From Candidatus Poseidoniaceae archaeon (GTDB taxonomy: Archaea; Thermoplasmatota; Poseidoniia; Poseidoniales; Poseidoniaceae): DNA of 30,199 nt. Both the position numbers and the translations under genes were made by a program. The notes beneath the pieces were generated by a model. That model saw only the letters and a program-made list of their open reading frames with translations, searched no databases and was not told the origin of the DNA. The first letter of the stretch is position 1, and every line of letters starts with the position of its first letter. Of this stretch, positions 1 to 8,902 are shown one piece after another. The stretch is taken from contig CBFIJH010000017.1 in assembly GCA_965662895.1 (NCBI GenBank), positions 1 to 30,199 on the forward strand. Reading direction: 5' to 3'.

Positions 1-119
1 CGGGTGATTACTGTCACTTTGTGGCCACGTTGTGCCATGTGGCCTGCTAGGTGGTAGACGACAGAACCCATTCCACCCCATCGTGGAGGGTACTCTCCAG
101 AGACCATCACGATGTGCAT
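1..119 (-). CDS. Glycosyltransferase family 4 (GT-B), N-terminal fragment running off the window edge
   Basis: Not in the ORF track. Manual translation from ATG at 119 gives MHIVMVSGEYPPRWGGMGSVVYHLAGHMAQRGHKVTVIT, a typical GT4 N-terminus (EYPP-xxGG...GHxVxV). GGGGTG SD lies just upstream. Confidence 0.85.
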   Translation of the reverse strand, partial: MHIVMVSGEYPPRWGGMGSVVYHLAGHMAQRGHKVTVIT

Positions 120-229
120 GAACACCCCAGTGAACAATGTTGTTTGAAACTAACGTGAAGATTTTCTTGTTTCAATACGGATAACTTTCAGACTTGGACC
201 AATGCCGTGTTAAATCGGCTAGTGGAAGT

Positions 230-331
230 TGGTCCCCACTCCCGGACTTGAACCGGGGACACCCTGATGTCTGCTGAGACGTTGTTTCTTCCAACTACAG
301 TCAGGTGCTCTACCAACTGAGCTAAGTGAGG
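230..331 (-). tRNA. tRNA-Tyr(GUA) with 26-nt canonical 37/38 intron and encoded CCA
   Basis: Reverse complement folds as CCTCACT/AGTGGGG acceptor (C1:G72, A73), GCTC/GAGC D-stem, CCTGA/TCAGG anticodon stem with GTA at 298-296, and CCCGG-TTCAAGT-CCGGG T-arm, ending ACCA. Confidence 0.96.
269..294 (-). other. tRNA intron with bulge-helix-bulge splice motif
   Basis: Central helix CTGT/GCAG flanked by 3-nt bulges AG^T and AC^A; removal restores a 7-nt anticodon loop. Confidence 0.92.
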
Positions 332-387
332 TAGTCCCTGCGACCGCCTCGTTCTATTTATTCTCATCGTCAAGATTCAGATTCAAT

Positions 388-1902
388 TCACTTGAGATGG
401 GATGCTTTCTGGAAGCGACTGCGTTTACGGCTTCCATGCATAAGATAAACCAGTTTGGATCGACGTTTGGCTTCTGCATCTGCTTTCGCTTTGTAGGCTT
501 GGCTGATGCCTTCTTTCCTTGTCACCTTCTCATCAACGATGGGTTCTGGATAGTCTGTACCGATGATGCAGGATGCTTCGATCTGTTCTTCATCGGACAT
601 CAGCCAAGGTTCATGAATATGCTCTGAGGGCACATCCTTCAATTCAGGCACCCATCGCTTGATGAATTCACCTTCAGGGTCTTGGTCTTGAGATTGCTTC
701 AGAATGGAGTAGGCTCTCACTGAGTTGATACCAGTCACTCCAGATTGCATTTGAATTTGTGACCAATGAATCCCTGGCTCATAATCAAGAAATTGTCTGG
801 CAAGATGGGCCCCCGATGCTCTCCAAGGCAATGCGAGCGTGTAGGATGCAACCGATTGCAACATCGCTCGCATGCGGAAGTTGATCCAACCTGTTGCACT
901 GAGGTAACGCATGCATGCATCGAAGAACGGCCATCCTGTTGTTCCCTGTGACCAAGCACGGAACTTCTCCTCATTGAACGGTCGTTCGAGGAGAGCATCC
1001 AATTCTGGATTCATGGCTTGCTCATCGAGCGTGGCTTCTGCCTCGAGACGTTGCATGAAGTGGCAATGCCATGCGAGTCGGCTTTGGAACGATGAAAGAC
1101 TTCCGCTCCAGCCTCTGTTCTCAGCACTTCGTGGATTTGTTTTGATGCGACGCTGTTTGCGTTTCGTATGGTAGAAAATCTGCCGGATGCTGATGCATCC
1201 AGTACTCAAATAGGGGGACAATCGTGAACACATGACCTCTCCTGAGATTGGACTTGACATGCCTTTTCTGTATCCACGCCCACGTTCATCAAGGAACGAA
1301 AACAAAGTATCCATCGCTGCGGATTCACCTGGTTCAGGACGTTGTTGCAATTCTCGAACCTCAAATCCGAGTTCGGATGCATGAGGAATCTCATCCGATT
1401 GCACATTGTCCGGTGCTCGGATTCGTTGAGGTGCTTCAACGAGTGATGAATCAATACGTCGGTCTCGCAGAGCCTTCCAGTCGTCTCTTGAGCGTAATCG
1501 ACGAATGACACCATTTGAAGGAAACTCCTCGAACAATACGTCGTGTTCGTTGCACCACTTTGCAACCGATTTGTCTCGTTCCCATGACCACTGCAGGCCA
1601 GATTCCTCGTTTCCATAAATGGTGTGTATCTTGTGAAGGTCGTGAAGTTCATTCAACGAGTCAAGAATCTGTCCAAATCTGAACAGAACGACACCTCCTT
1701 TTCGTTCAATCTCTTCCCGGAGATTGTCCAAACAATCCAATTCCCATTGGACGTGAATGCCATCAACATCGTGCCGTCCTAGGCGTTCAGAATCCAAGTG
1801 AAACAGAAAGAGAATTGGACGGCCATCTGCTTTTGCTTGAGCTATGGCTGGGTTGTCTGCGAGACGTAAATCTCTTCTCAACCAAACCAAGGAGACAGTC
1901 AC
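388..1902 (-). CDS. Cryptochrome/DNA photolyase family flavoprotein (atypical active site)
   Basis: LVWLRRDLRLADN N-terminus, SRLSPYL, GTTGWPFFDACMRYL, DPEGEFIKRWVPEL and DYPEPIVD motifs. Confidence 0.92.
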   Translation of the reverse strand: MTVSLVWLRRDLRLADNPAIAQAKADGRPILFLFHLDSERLGRHDVDGIHVQWELDCLDNLREEIERKGGVVLFRFGQILDSLNELHDLHKIHTIYGNEESGLQWSWERDKSVAKWCNEHDVLFEEFPSNGVIRRLRSRDDWKALRDRRIDSSLVEAPQRIRAPDNVQSDEIPHASELGFEVRELQQRPEPGESAAMDTLFSFLDERGRGYRKGMSSPISGEVMCSRLSPYLSTGCISIRQIFYHTKRKQRRIKTNPRSAENRGWSGSLSSFQSRLAWHCHFMQRLEAEATLDEQAMNPELDALLERPFNEEKFRAWSQGTTGWPFFDACMRYLSATGWINFRMRAMLQSVASYTLALPWRASGAHLARQFLDYEPGIHWSQIQMQSGVTGINSVRAYSILKQSQDQDPEGEFIKRWVPELKDVPSEHIHEPWLMSDEEQIEASCIIGTDYPEPIVDEKVTRKEGISQAYKAKADAEAKRRSKLVYLMHGSRKRSRFQKASHLK

Positions 1903-2079
1903 GCCTTTTCCTTCAACTAATGTCCTTTTAATTCCTGTATGAATTCAACCACAGTTTGACAAAGGTAGAGGTTCATGTGGCTTGTGAATGCGACCTCAAA
2001 AATCGACCATTTTACCCCCGCTTCAAGCGCGGATGTTAATAGTCAGAAGAGAAGGCTTGCCAAATCAGGAAGTGTAGGG

Positions 2080-3276
2080 ATGGGACCCAGTAGTTCTTCC
2101 AGTTCAGGTAACGCAAGGGCGGAGAAAAATATGCATGACAAAGCACTCGCAGACATGGTTGCTGGGCTTCGTGATGAAGCCATCAACCGCGGTGCGACTG
2201 CCCTCATGGATGATGACGTCTCAACCCTCGGCGTACCAAACCCTCGAATCTTGATCGTTGGTTGTGGCGGCTCAGGAAACAATACACTCAATCGAATCAC
2301 ACATCTTGGTGTTGAAGGTGCTGTCACCGTCGCCATCAATACGGACAAACAGCATCTTGACAACACACGTTCACTTCAGAAACTCTTGGTTGGACGGCAC
2401 ATTACCCGTGGACTTGGAGCAGGTGGAGATCCATCCATGGGACGACGTTGTGCTGAAGCCGGCCGTGAGATGATTCGACGCATCGTCAACGGTGCAGATC
2501 TTGTGTTTATTGCCAGTGGGCTTGGTGGTGGTTCAGGAACCGGTATCTGCCCAATCGTTGCGGAAGAAGCAAAATCTGCAGGCGCTCTTGTCGTTGGTAT
2601 TGTTACAACACCGTTCCACGTCGAGCGTCGACTTCGAATGAAGAAGGCGCTTGAAGGATTGGAATCGCTCCGACGTGTTGCTGATGCAGTCCTTGTTCTC
2701 GACAACAATCGATTGTTGCATTACGTTCCAAACTTACCTCTTGAAGAAGCGTTCTCGATTATGGATCAATTGGTTGCTGAGATTGTCAAGGGAATTGTTG
2801 AGACCATCACACTCCCATCACTCATCAATCTTGATTTCGCAGACATTCGGGCCATCATGTCCAACGGTGGTGTCACCATGATGTTGTACGGTGAATCCGA
2901 TCGCGGACCAGAAGAAGTGGTTCACGAAGCACTCAATCATCCACTTCTCGACGTTGATATCACGGGAGCTACGGGCGTCCTGATTCACGTCACAGGTGGC
3001 CAGTACATGACGCTCGAATCCGCATCCCAAGTTGTCGATTTGATGACAGCACGAGTTAGTGAAGATGCAAACGTCATTTGGGGCGCTCGACAAGATCCAA
3101 CCTTTGGTGATACCATCAAAGTGATGGCCATCATTACAGGAGTTGGAGGTGCTGACATGCGAACGGCACGAATGGAACCAAACAAACTCGGAGACGTTCT
3201 CAAATTGACCAGGCAAACCCAACTGAATACGGGTGGGAACACAACGGGTAGCGTCGACATCCATCGGTTTGACTAA
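2080..3276 (+). CDS. ftsZ: Cell division protein FtsZ (archaeal FtsZ2-like); start 2080 or 2131
   Basis: [29 protein letters not shown] tubulin signature and INLDFAD T7 loop. [23 protein letters not shown] resembles FtsZ2 rather than FtsZ1. Confidence 0.96.
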   Translation: MGPSSSSSSGNARAEKNMHDKALADMVAGLRDEAINRGATALMDDDVSTLGVPNPRILIVGCGGSGNNTLNRITHLGVEGAVTVAINTDKQHLDNTRSLQKLLVGRHITRGLGAGGDPSMGRRCAEAGREMIRRIVNGADLVFIASGLGGGSGTGICPIVAEEAKSAGALVVGIVTTPFHVERRLRMKKALEGLESLRRVADAVLVLDNNRLLHYVPNLPLEEAFSIMDQLVAEIVKGIVETITLPSLINLDFADIRAIMSNGGVTMMLYGESDRGPEEVVHEALNHPLLDVDITGATGVLIHVTGGQYMTLESASQVVDLMTARVSEDANVIWGARQDPTFGDTIKVMAIITGVGGADMRTARMEPNKLGDVLKLTRQTQLNTGGNTTGSVDIHRFD

Positions 3277-3335
3277 TTGGTGTAATTCACACACCTGTTC
3301 AATAACCTCATATCTTTGTACACCTACGGATTATC

Positions 3336-4166
3336 ATGCGCAAAGTAGCATGTTTGGCCGTTTTTATGGCGCTGATGATGTTGGTTCCAGTACAAGCTGG
3401 AGACAATTATTCTGTTCAACAGGCAGACCCTGCAGACGACCCAAGGCAACCAACAGAGGAAAACAAGACGCTGTACATGTACTACAATGAGTCAAATTCG
3501 AAAGCTTGGACTCATTTTGCATCTCAGGATAACGAATCATTGGAATCCTACATGGAAGAAGTGGATGATGGAACCATTAATATCGATTTAAGATTCCGTA
3601 TGGAACCAATGTTAGCGAAGCGAATTTACATGGATCCCGATGGCCTGTTTCGAGGATCGTTCGATATTCTAGTCGAGGGCGATTGGACCGATGGAGACGG
3701 TGGTGCATGCGATGACAGTGGTGGTCAGCAACAAGATTGTGAAGAACTTAACATTTCGTTGATGGTTGGTCCAAACGTCATTGATACGCACCATGAAACC
3801 GGTCTTGTCCAAGGGCAGAACACCGTTGTTTTCAACTTCGGAATTGAAGAAGAAACGATCGTTGACTGGGATGGAAGCGATTACAATCCAGAGATTCGAA
3901 TCTCAATGAAGTTAATGGGGAATTATAACCCAGGTTTCATTGGTATTGGCCAAGGTGGCGAACCAGCAAAATTTGAGATGTCCATGGGCGAGAGCAGCAA
4001 GATAGAGATTCCAATTGACGATGCTTCATTTACTCAGGAATTTCAAGAAGGTGGAGAAATTGATGGTGGAAGCTCCTCTGAAGATACGCCAGGCTTCACA
4101 CTCGTTGTCGCATCAGCAGCGATTGCAATGGCTGTCTTTGTGAACGCTCAACGAGAAGAAGAGTGA
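3336..4166 (+). CDS. Secreted acidic cell-surface protein with PGF-CTERM sorting signal
   Basis: N-terminal signal peptide (..VPVQA), Asp/Glu-rich body, and C-terminal TPGF followed by a hydrophobic helix. Confidence 0.8.
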   Translation: MRKVACLAVFMALMMLVPVQAGDNYSVQQADPADDPRQPTEENKTLYMYYNESNSKAWTHFASQDNESLESYMEEVDDGTINIDLRFRMEPMLAKRIYMDPDGLFRGSFDILVEGDWTDGDGGACDDSGGQQQDCEELNISLMVGPNVIDTHHETGLVQGQNTVVFNFGIEEETIVDWDGSDYNPEIRISMKLMGNYNPGFIGIGQGGEPAKFEMSMGESSKIEIPIDDASFTQEFQEGGEIDGGSSSEDTPGFTLVVASAAIAMAVFVNAQREEE

Positions 4167-4170
4167 TTCT

Positions 4171-5511
4171 TCAACCGTTGAGTGCTGATAGGATTGATTC
4201 CGTATTGAGGGCAACTGGAAGTTGTTCCCCATCTGCAAGTCGCTTAACCGTTGCCTGTCCTTGTTCGACATCTCTTGGTCCAACGACAAGGGCGTGACTT
4301 GCACCAATGCTATTCGCCCAACCCATAGCCTTGCCAATCTTTCTTGATCGTAATTCAATTTCGACTCGGATTCCATATTGACGTAATTCTCGAACCATAT
4401 CGAGAATCTTGGATGGTTCAATATTGAACGGAATCATGGCGAGAAGAGGCGTTTCATCGTTTTGCCCGGGTACGATTTCACTGCGTCCTTCAGCCGCTGC
4501 CTGCATTTCCAGAGCGAGAAGTACTCGATCAAATCCAAGTCCAAATCCACAACATGGATCGAGATCTGCAAGTCCAAACAGGTGAAGGAGTTTGTAAGAA
4601 CCTCCTCCAAGGACTTGCCCTTCCCCACCCAATTCGGGAACGTGGATTTCAAACACTGTTCCCGTATAGTAATCGAGACCACGTGCGACAGTAAGATTCA
4701 CTGAGAGCGATGGGGGTGAAGGAGCAAGTTGCCCAATTGAATTGATGGTTGATTCAAGATCATCCAATGCATGAAGCGAAACGCCGTCCATTGTCGAAAG
4801 CAATTTGCGAGCAGATGCAATGGTTTCTTGTCCGCCTTTCATTTCTGAAAGTTGTTGCAATGGTGCAACGAAATCAGTGGAGATGGATTGAGACTCCAGT
4901 AATGTGCGTAATCCACTGAAGTCTGCTTTGTCCAAGAAACGCATGGCAGAGGCAAGCGGTGGTTCACCCGATTCGGATGCATCACTGAGGCCGATACCAG
5001 TAAGCACTTGTTTGAGAATTCCAACGTGGCCAATTCGTAATTCCCAATTCTTCAGACCAGCCTCGGTTAACATATTGATGGCAAGTGCAATCACTTCTGC
5101 CTCAACAAGCGGGCCAGTCGCTCCGATAAGTTCGACGCCGTATTGGTAGAATTCTCGATATCGCCCCTTCTTGAATTCTTCATAGCGGAAACATTGGCCA
5201 AAGTATGACAGTCGGAGTGGTTTTGTTTCATTGCGAAGTTCTTCCGCAACCATGCGCATGACTGGTGCAGTCAATTCGGGGCGGAGTGTAAGATCACGCT
5301 CCCCTTTGTCTTGAAACGCGTAAAGTTGTGAAACAACGCCTGGACCTGACTTTGCTGTGAACAAATCAAGCGATTCGAAGATGGGAGTCTGGACACGAGA
5401 AAAGCCGTGTCTGTTGGCTTGTTGTTCGAGGAGTGTTTCGAAAGCAAGCCGTTGTTTCATTTCCTTTGGCCCAAAGTCACGCGTACCTCTTGGACGTTGG
5501 ACCATGAACAT
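4171..5511 (-). CDS. hisS: Histidine--tRNA ligase
   Basis: RPRGTRDF, LRPELTAP, FRYE..GRYREFYQ, RGLDYYTG and GFGLGFDR motifs, plus a C-terminal anticodon-binding domain. Confidence 0.97.
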   Translation of the reverse strand: MFMVQRPRGTRDFGPKEMKQRLAFETLLEQQANRHGFSRVQTPIFESLDLFTAKSGPGVVSQLYAFQDKGERDLTLRPELTAPVMRMVAEELRNETKPLRLSYFGQCFRYEEFKKGRYREFYQYGVELIGATGPLVEAEVIALAINMLTEAGLKNWELRIGHVGILKQVLTGIGLSDASESGEPPLASAMRFLDKADFSGLRTLLESQSISTDFVAPLQQLSEMKGGQETIASARKLLSTMDGVSLHALDDLESTINSIGQLAPSPPSLSVNLTVARGLDYYTGTVFEIHVPELGGEGQVLGGGSYKLLHLFGLADLDPCCGFGLGFDRVLLALEMQAAAEGRSEIVPGQNDETPLLAMIPFNIEPSKILDMVRELRQYGIRVEIELRSRKIGKAMGWANSIGASHALVVGPRDVEQGQATVKRLADGEQLPVALNTESILSALNG

Positions 5512-5571
5512 TCGAAGCGCCTTCCCCTCTAATGCCCTTCGCTTGAATTGGAAAGATATCGATGATTCCTG

Positions 5572-6522
5572 TCACGTTGTATGCGCACCCTCGAGCGGTC
5601 CGAGTGGAATGATACGATACGTGTTGATGTTTTGATGCGACCAGAAATAATGCGCTTTGATGTGATGCCAGTGGCACGTTTCTCTTATTCCGGGTATGTT
5701 GATGACGCGCTCAACAAAAGATTGGAGATTCGGATAATCGATAATTCGGCGAAGATTGCACTTGAAATGAACGACATACACCAAATCGAATCTGACAAGT
5801 GTTGTGAACAAACAAATGTCAGCTTCCGTCAGTTGTCCTTTCCCTTCACCTACGAGCCACTCTCTACCCTCAAGATGATGTTCGAGTTCATCAAGACGAG
5901 CAAACAAGTCTGTTACTGCCTCGTCGTATGCTTCTTGTGTTCGGGCAAAACCAGATTTGTAAACACCATTGTTGACCGATTCATAATTCGCATCGATCAT
6001 CGCATCAATTTCTTGCATCAATTCAGGCGGACAAAGACGTGTGCCATTACCGAATCCTTCGTTCGAAAAAACATCCAACATCCGAATGATTTCCCTGCTC
6101 TCATTGTTGACGATGGTTCCGTGTTTTCGATCCCACAAGACTGGAACGGTTCCGATTCGACCACTCTCAATCCAACCATCGAAAGCCCTGTCGTAGATTC
6201 CTTCCAAACTTGTTTCACCATGGAGTGTGTCAGCAGTCGCACCTTCCTCATTCGGGTTGAAGGACCATGATCCATCTGAATTCATTCTCCAATCGACCAC
6301 ATCGACTGTGATGTGGTCTTCAAGACCGAGAAGAGTCCGAGTGATGAGCGTTCGATGTGCCCATGGACAAGCATGCGAGATGTAGAGATGATACCTTCCA
6401 CTTTCAGCATCAAACGTACCACCTTTCGAAATTGAATCCCGAAATTCACTTGATTTACGGACGAATTTGCCTGACTCGAAGGTTTTCGTCCAAGCGCCTG
6501 CTTGTTCATTTGGTGCTTCCAT
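5572..6522 (-). CDS. Glutathionyl-hydroquinone reductase (Xi-class GST, YqjG/ECM4 family)
   Basis: GRYHLYIS.ACPWAHR, TVPVLWD, VNNESREI, NNGVYKSGFA, LVRFDLVY..HFKCN and HIKAHYF motifs. Confidence 0.93.
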   Translation of the reverse strand: MEAPNEQAGAWTKTFESGKFVRKSSEFRDSISKGGTFDAESGRYHLYISHACPWAHRTLITRTLLGLEDHITVDVVDWRMNSDGSWSFNPNEEGATADTLHGETSLEGIYDRAFDGWIESGRIGTVPVLWDRKHGTIVNNESREIIRMLDVFSNEGFGNGTRLCPPELMQEIDAMIDANYESVNNGVYKSGFARTQEAYDEAVTDLFARLDELEHHLEGREWLVGEGKGQLTEADICLFTTLVRFDLVYVVHFKCNLRRIIDYPNLQSFVERVINIPGIRETCHWHHIKAHYFWSHQNINTYRIIPLGPLEGAHTT

Positions 6523-6582
6523 GTGTCGACTATCCGCGTATACCTAATGAAGGGTGGTTTTCAAGAAGCATTGCATAGATTC

Positions 6583-7185
6583 CTATTCTTCCTCGGTTAA
6601 CCATGAGTTGTAGTTTGCAGCAGTGGAGTCTTCAAGCATTGGAAGTGTTGGAGCCTCGGGAACTTCTGGATGAGGGATTTCCTCAGTTTCAGTTGATGTT
6701 GCGATTTGTTTGAGTCGTTCAACAAGTTCCCAATCTGGCTCTTGGGGTTCGTTTTGAACCAGCTCGTTGTTACCATCCCAAGCATCTTGACGTACGTTGA
6801 CCAAGTCTGGTACCTCTTCAACATCAGCATCGTTGGACTCGTCCTTGACATCATCTTCCGTCGAAGCCCTCTGATGGACAGGTGCTCCGAGGGATTCGAA
6901 GGCCTTTGAAACGGTCTTTGGATCAGGTGCAGTTCCAGAAGTAGCAGCGATTTCTCTTTTCATTTGAAACGCTGCTCTTTTTTCTGCTTCCTCCGCTTCC
7001 CGGCGCATTTGCATCTCAACAGATTCCCAAATCTTGCGTTCTTTGCGTTTTTCTTGCTGTTCTTTTTGGAATTCCAAAGCCGCTTCACTGGGTTGATCGT
7101 ATTTTTTCCAGAACCATCGTGCAATGAAAATAAACAGGACCGATACGATGAATCCTCCGAACAACCACTGAACGAGTGGTTCCAT
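6583..7185 (-). CDS. Hypothetical membrane-anchored protein (N-terminal TM, coiled coil, acidic tail)
   Basis: 200-aa ORF with GAGGTGA SD; hydrophobic residues ~4-25 followed by WKK and a charged helical segment. Confidence 0.78.
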   Translation of the reverse strand: MEPLVQWLFGGFIVSVLFIFIARWFWKKYDQPSEAALEFQKEQQEKRKERKIWESVEMQMRREAEEAEKRAAFQMKREIAATSGTAPDPKTVSKAFESLGAPVHQRASTEDDVKDESNDADVEEVPDLVNVRQDAWDGNNELVQNEPQEPDWELVERLKQIATSTETEEIPHPEVPEAPTLPMLEDSTAANYNSWLTEEE

Positions 7186-7200
7186 TAAGCATCACCTCAA

Positions 7201-8892
7201 TCAATCGACAGCTTCCGCAACCAATTCAGTCATATCCGTTGAGACATCAGCACCAAGCACAGTTACGAGTGGATCGTCTCCACCGGGAAGAAGGGAGATG
7301 TCAGCATCAGCACCCTCTGGAACGTTACGGTACAATGGTCGAGCAATGAGGAACTTGTTCAAAGAGATGAAAACGATTGCAACGACCGACCAAAATGCGA
7401 GAATTATGCCCAGGCCTTTCGGGTTTGCAGGATTCCAAACGTCTTCCGTATTGGCAATCATATCGCCAAAGTACGACAGCATGAGAACGCTAAAGAGAAT
7501 CGGGAAGGCGAGATAGAGCGACAAGTCCCACCATCGTCCAACCTCCATATCGTTATCCCCAGTGTTGATGTAATCATCACGGAATGCAGAGACTCCAACA
7601 CCAAGGTAACCTGAGAACCCAGGAGGTGCTTTACCCAATTCTACCTCTTTCTTCCACTTGATGTAACCGTACTTCCAAATCGAGAAGGCGATGAACAATC
7701 CGCTGAACATCAAACCGTAGCCCCAGATGTGATCTTGAACTTCGAGGAATTCTGGGAAAGCAACACCTGCGGCATCCAGTTTGACCCACATAACCGCAGA
7801 TGGTAGTCCGAAGAAGAAAATTGCAATCGAGGTAATGAGAACCGAACGCTGTCGTTCATAGCCATGATCAACGAAATTTCGAACGCACAATTCAACGGTT
7901 GAAATCATCGATGTTATCGCTGCAAAAGACAGTGCCAAAAAGAATCCTGCCATCATGACAAAGGCTCCGACTGCTCCTCCAGGTGCTTGTGCGAAGACTT
8001 CAGGTAGTGCAAGGAAAGTAATGGCTGATGAGCCGTTGGTTACGGTTGCAAGCGGGTCAGCGCTTACTGCAAAAATGGCTGAAAGTACTGCCAATCCTGC
8101 AATGATGGAAATGCTGTTGTTGGCAAAACCCATCGTGAAAGCATTGAGTACAGTATCCTCATCTTTACGCATGTACACTGCGTACGTAATCGCCATACCC
8201 ATTCCTGCTGAACACGACCAAGCCGATTGAGACAGACCGTTAATCCATACTTCCGGTTCGGACAACATTGCTGGATCGACAGTGAACATGAAAAGAGCAC
8301 CATCGAGACTGCCATCGGAAAGGTCCATCCACAAGGAAAGTCCGAGTGTCATAAACAGAAGAACGAACAACGAGGTCATGAGAATAACGTTCACCTTTTC
8401 GATGGCTTTTGCACCTTTCCAAATTGCAAGAAGTGTAATTGAGATAACAAGGAATTGGAATCCGATAACTTGGAGAGGGCTCTGCAAGAATGAATTCCAT
8501 ACCTCGGTTGTGTCAACACCATCGCCTGTCAATCCACCTGATATGCCGAGTTGGAAATACTTCAAACACCAACCAGCAACAATCGCATAATAGAATCCGA
8601 TAGCGGTCGAAATCCAAGCCGTCCAAAGTCCCATCCAAGCGAACTTCTTTCCAGCAAAAATACGGAACGTACCGACCGTCCCCGTTCGTGAACGCTTCCC
8701 CATGGCAAATTCAGCAATCACCAAAGGAATCGACCAAACGAACAAGAAAATCACCCATGGAATGAGGAAGGTTCCTCCACCGTTCGCACCAACCATTCGA
8801 GGGAAGCGCCAAATGTTTCCTGTACCAATGGCTGCTCCAATCGAAGCGAAAATAAGGCCGAGACGGCCTGAGAATTGATCACTTTGACCCAT
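7201..8892 (-). CDS. Sodium-dependent transporter, NSS/SNF (SLC6/LeuT-like) family
   Basis: GAAIGTGNIWRFP..GANGGGTFLIP TM1 signature and many TM helices. The GAGGCG SD supports ATG at 8892. Confidence 0.93.
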   Translation of the reverse strand: MGQSDQFSGRLGLIFASIGAAIGTGNIWRFPRMVGANGGGTFLIPWVIFLFVWSIPLVIAEFAMGKRSRTGTVGTFRIFAGKKFAWMGLWTAWISTAIGFYYAIVAGWCLKYFQLGISGGLTGDGVDTTEVWNSFLQSPLQVIGFQFLVISITLLAIWKGAKAIEKVNVILMTSLFVLLFMTLGLSLWMDLSDGSLDGALFMFTVDPAMLSEPEVWINGLSQSAWSCSAGMGMAITYAVYMRKDEDTVLNAFTMGFANNSISIIAGLAVLSAIFAVSADPLATVTNGSSAITFLALPEVFAQAPGGAVGAFVMMAGFFLALSFAAITSMISTVELCVRNFVDHGYERQRSVLITSIAIFFFGLPSAVMWVKLDAAGVAFPEFLEVQDHIWGYGLMFSGLFIAFSIWKYGYIKWKKEVELGKAPPGFSGYLGVGVSAFRDDYINTGDNDMEVGRWWDLSLYLAFPILFSVLMLSYFGDMIANTEDVWNPANPKGLGIILAFWSVVAIVFISLNKFLIARPLYRNVPEGADADISLLPGGDDPLVTVLGADVSTDMTELVAEAVD

Positions 8893-8902
8893 AGGAATCG
8901 CC

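Noticed and set aside
188-373. 61-aa minus-strand ORF
   Set aside because: It overlies the tRNA-Tyr gene and is spurious.
1975-2079. N-terminal extension of FtsZ from ATG 1975
   Set aside because: It runs through the divergent promoter region (TTAATA near 2036) with no FtsZ-like sequence; later starts are more plausible.
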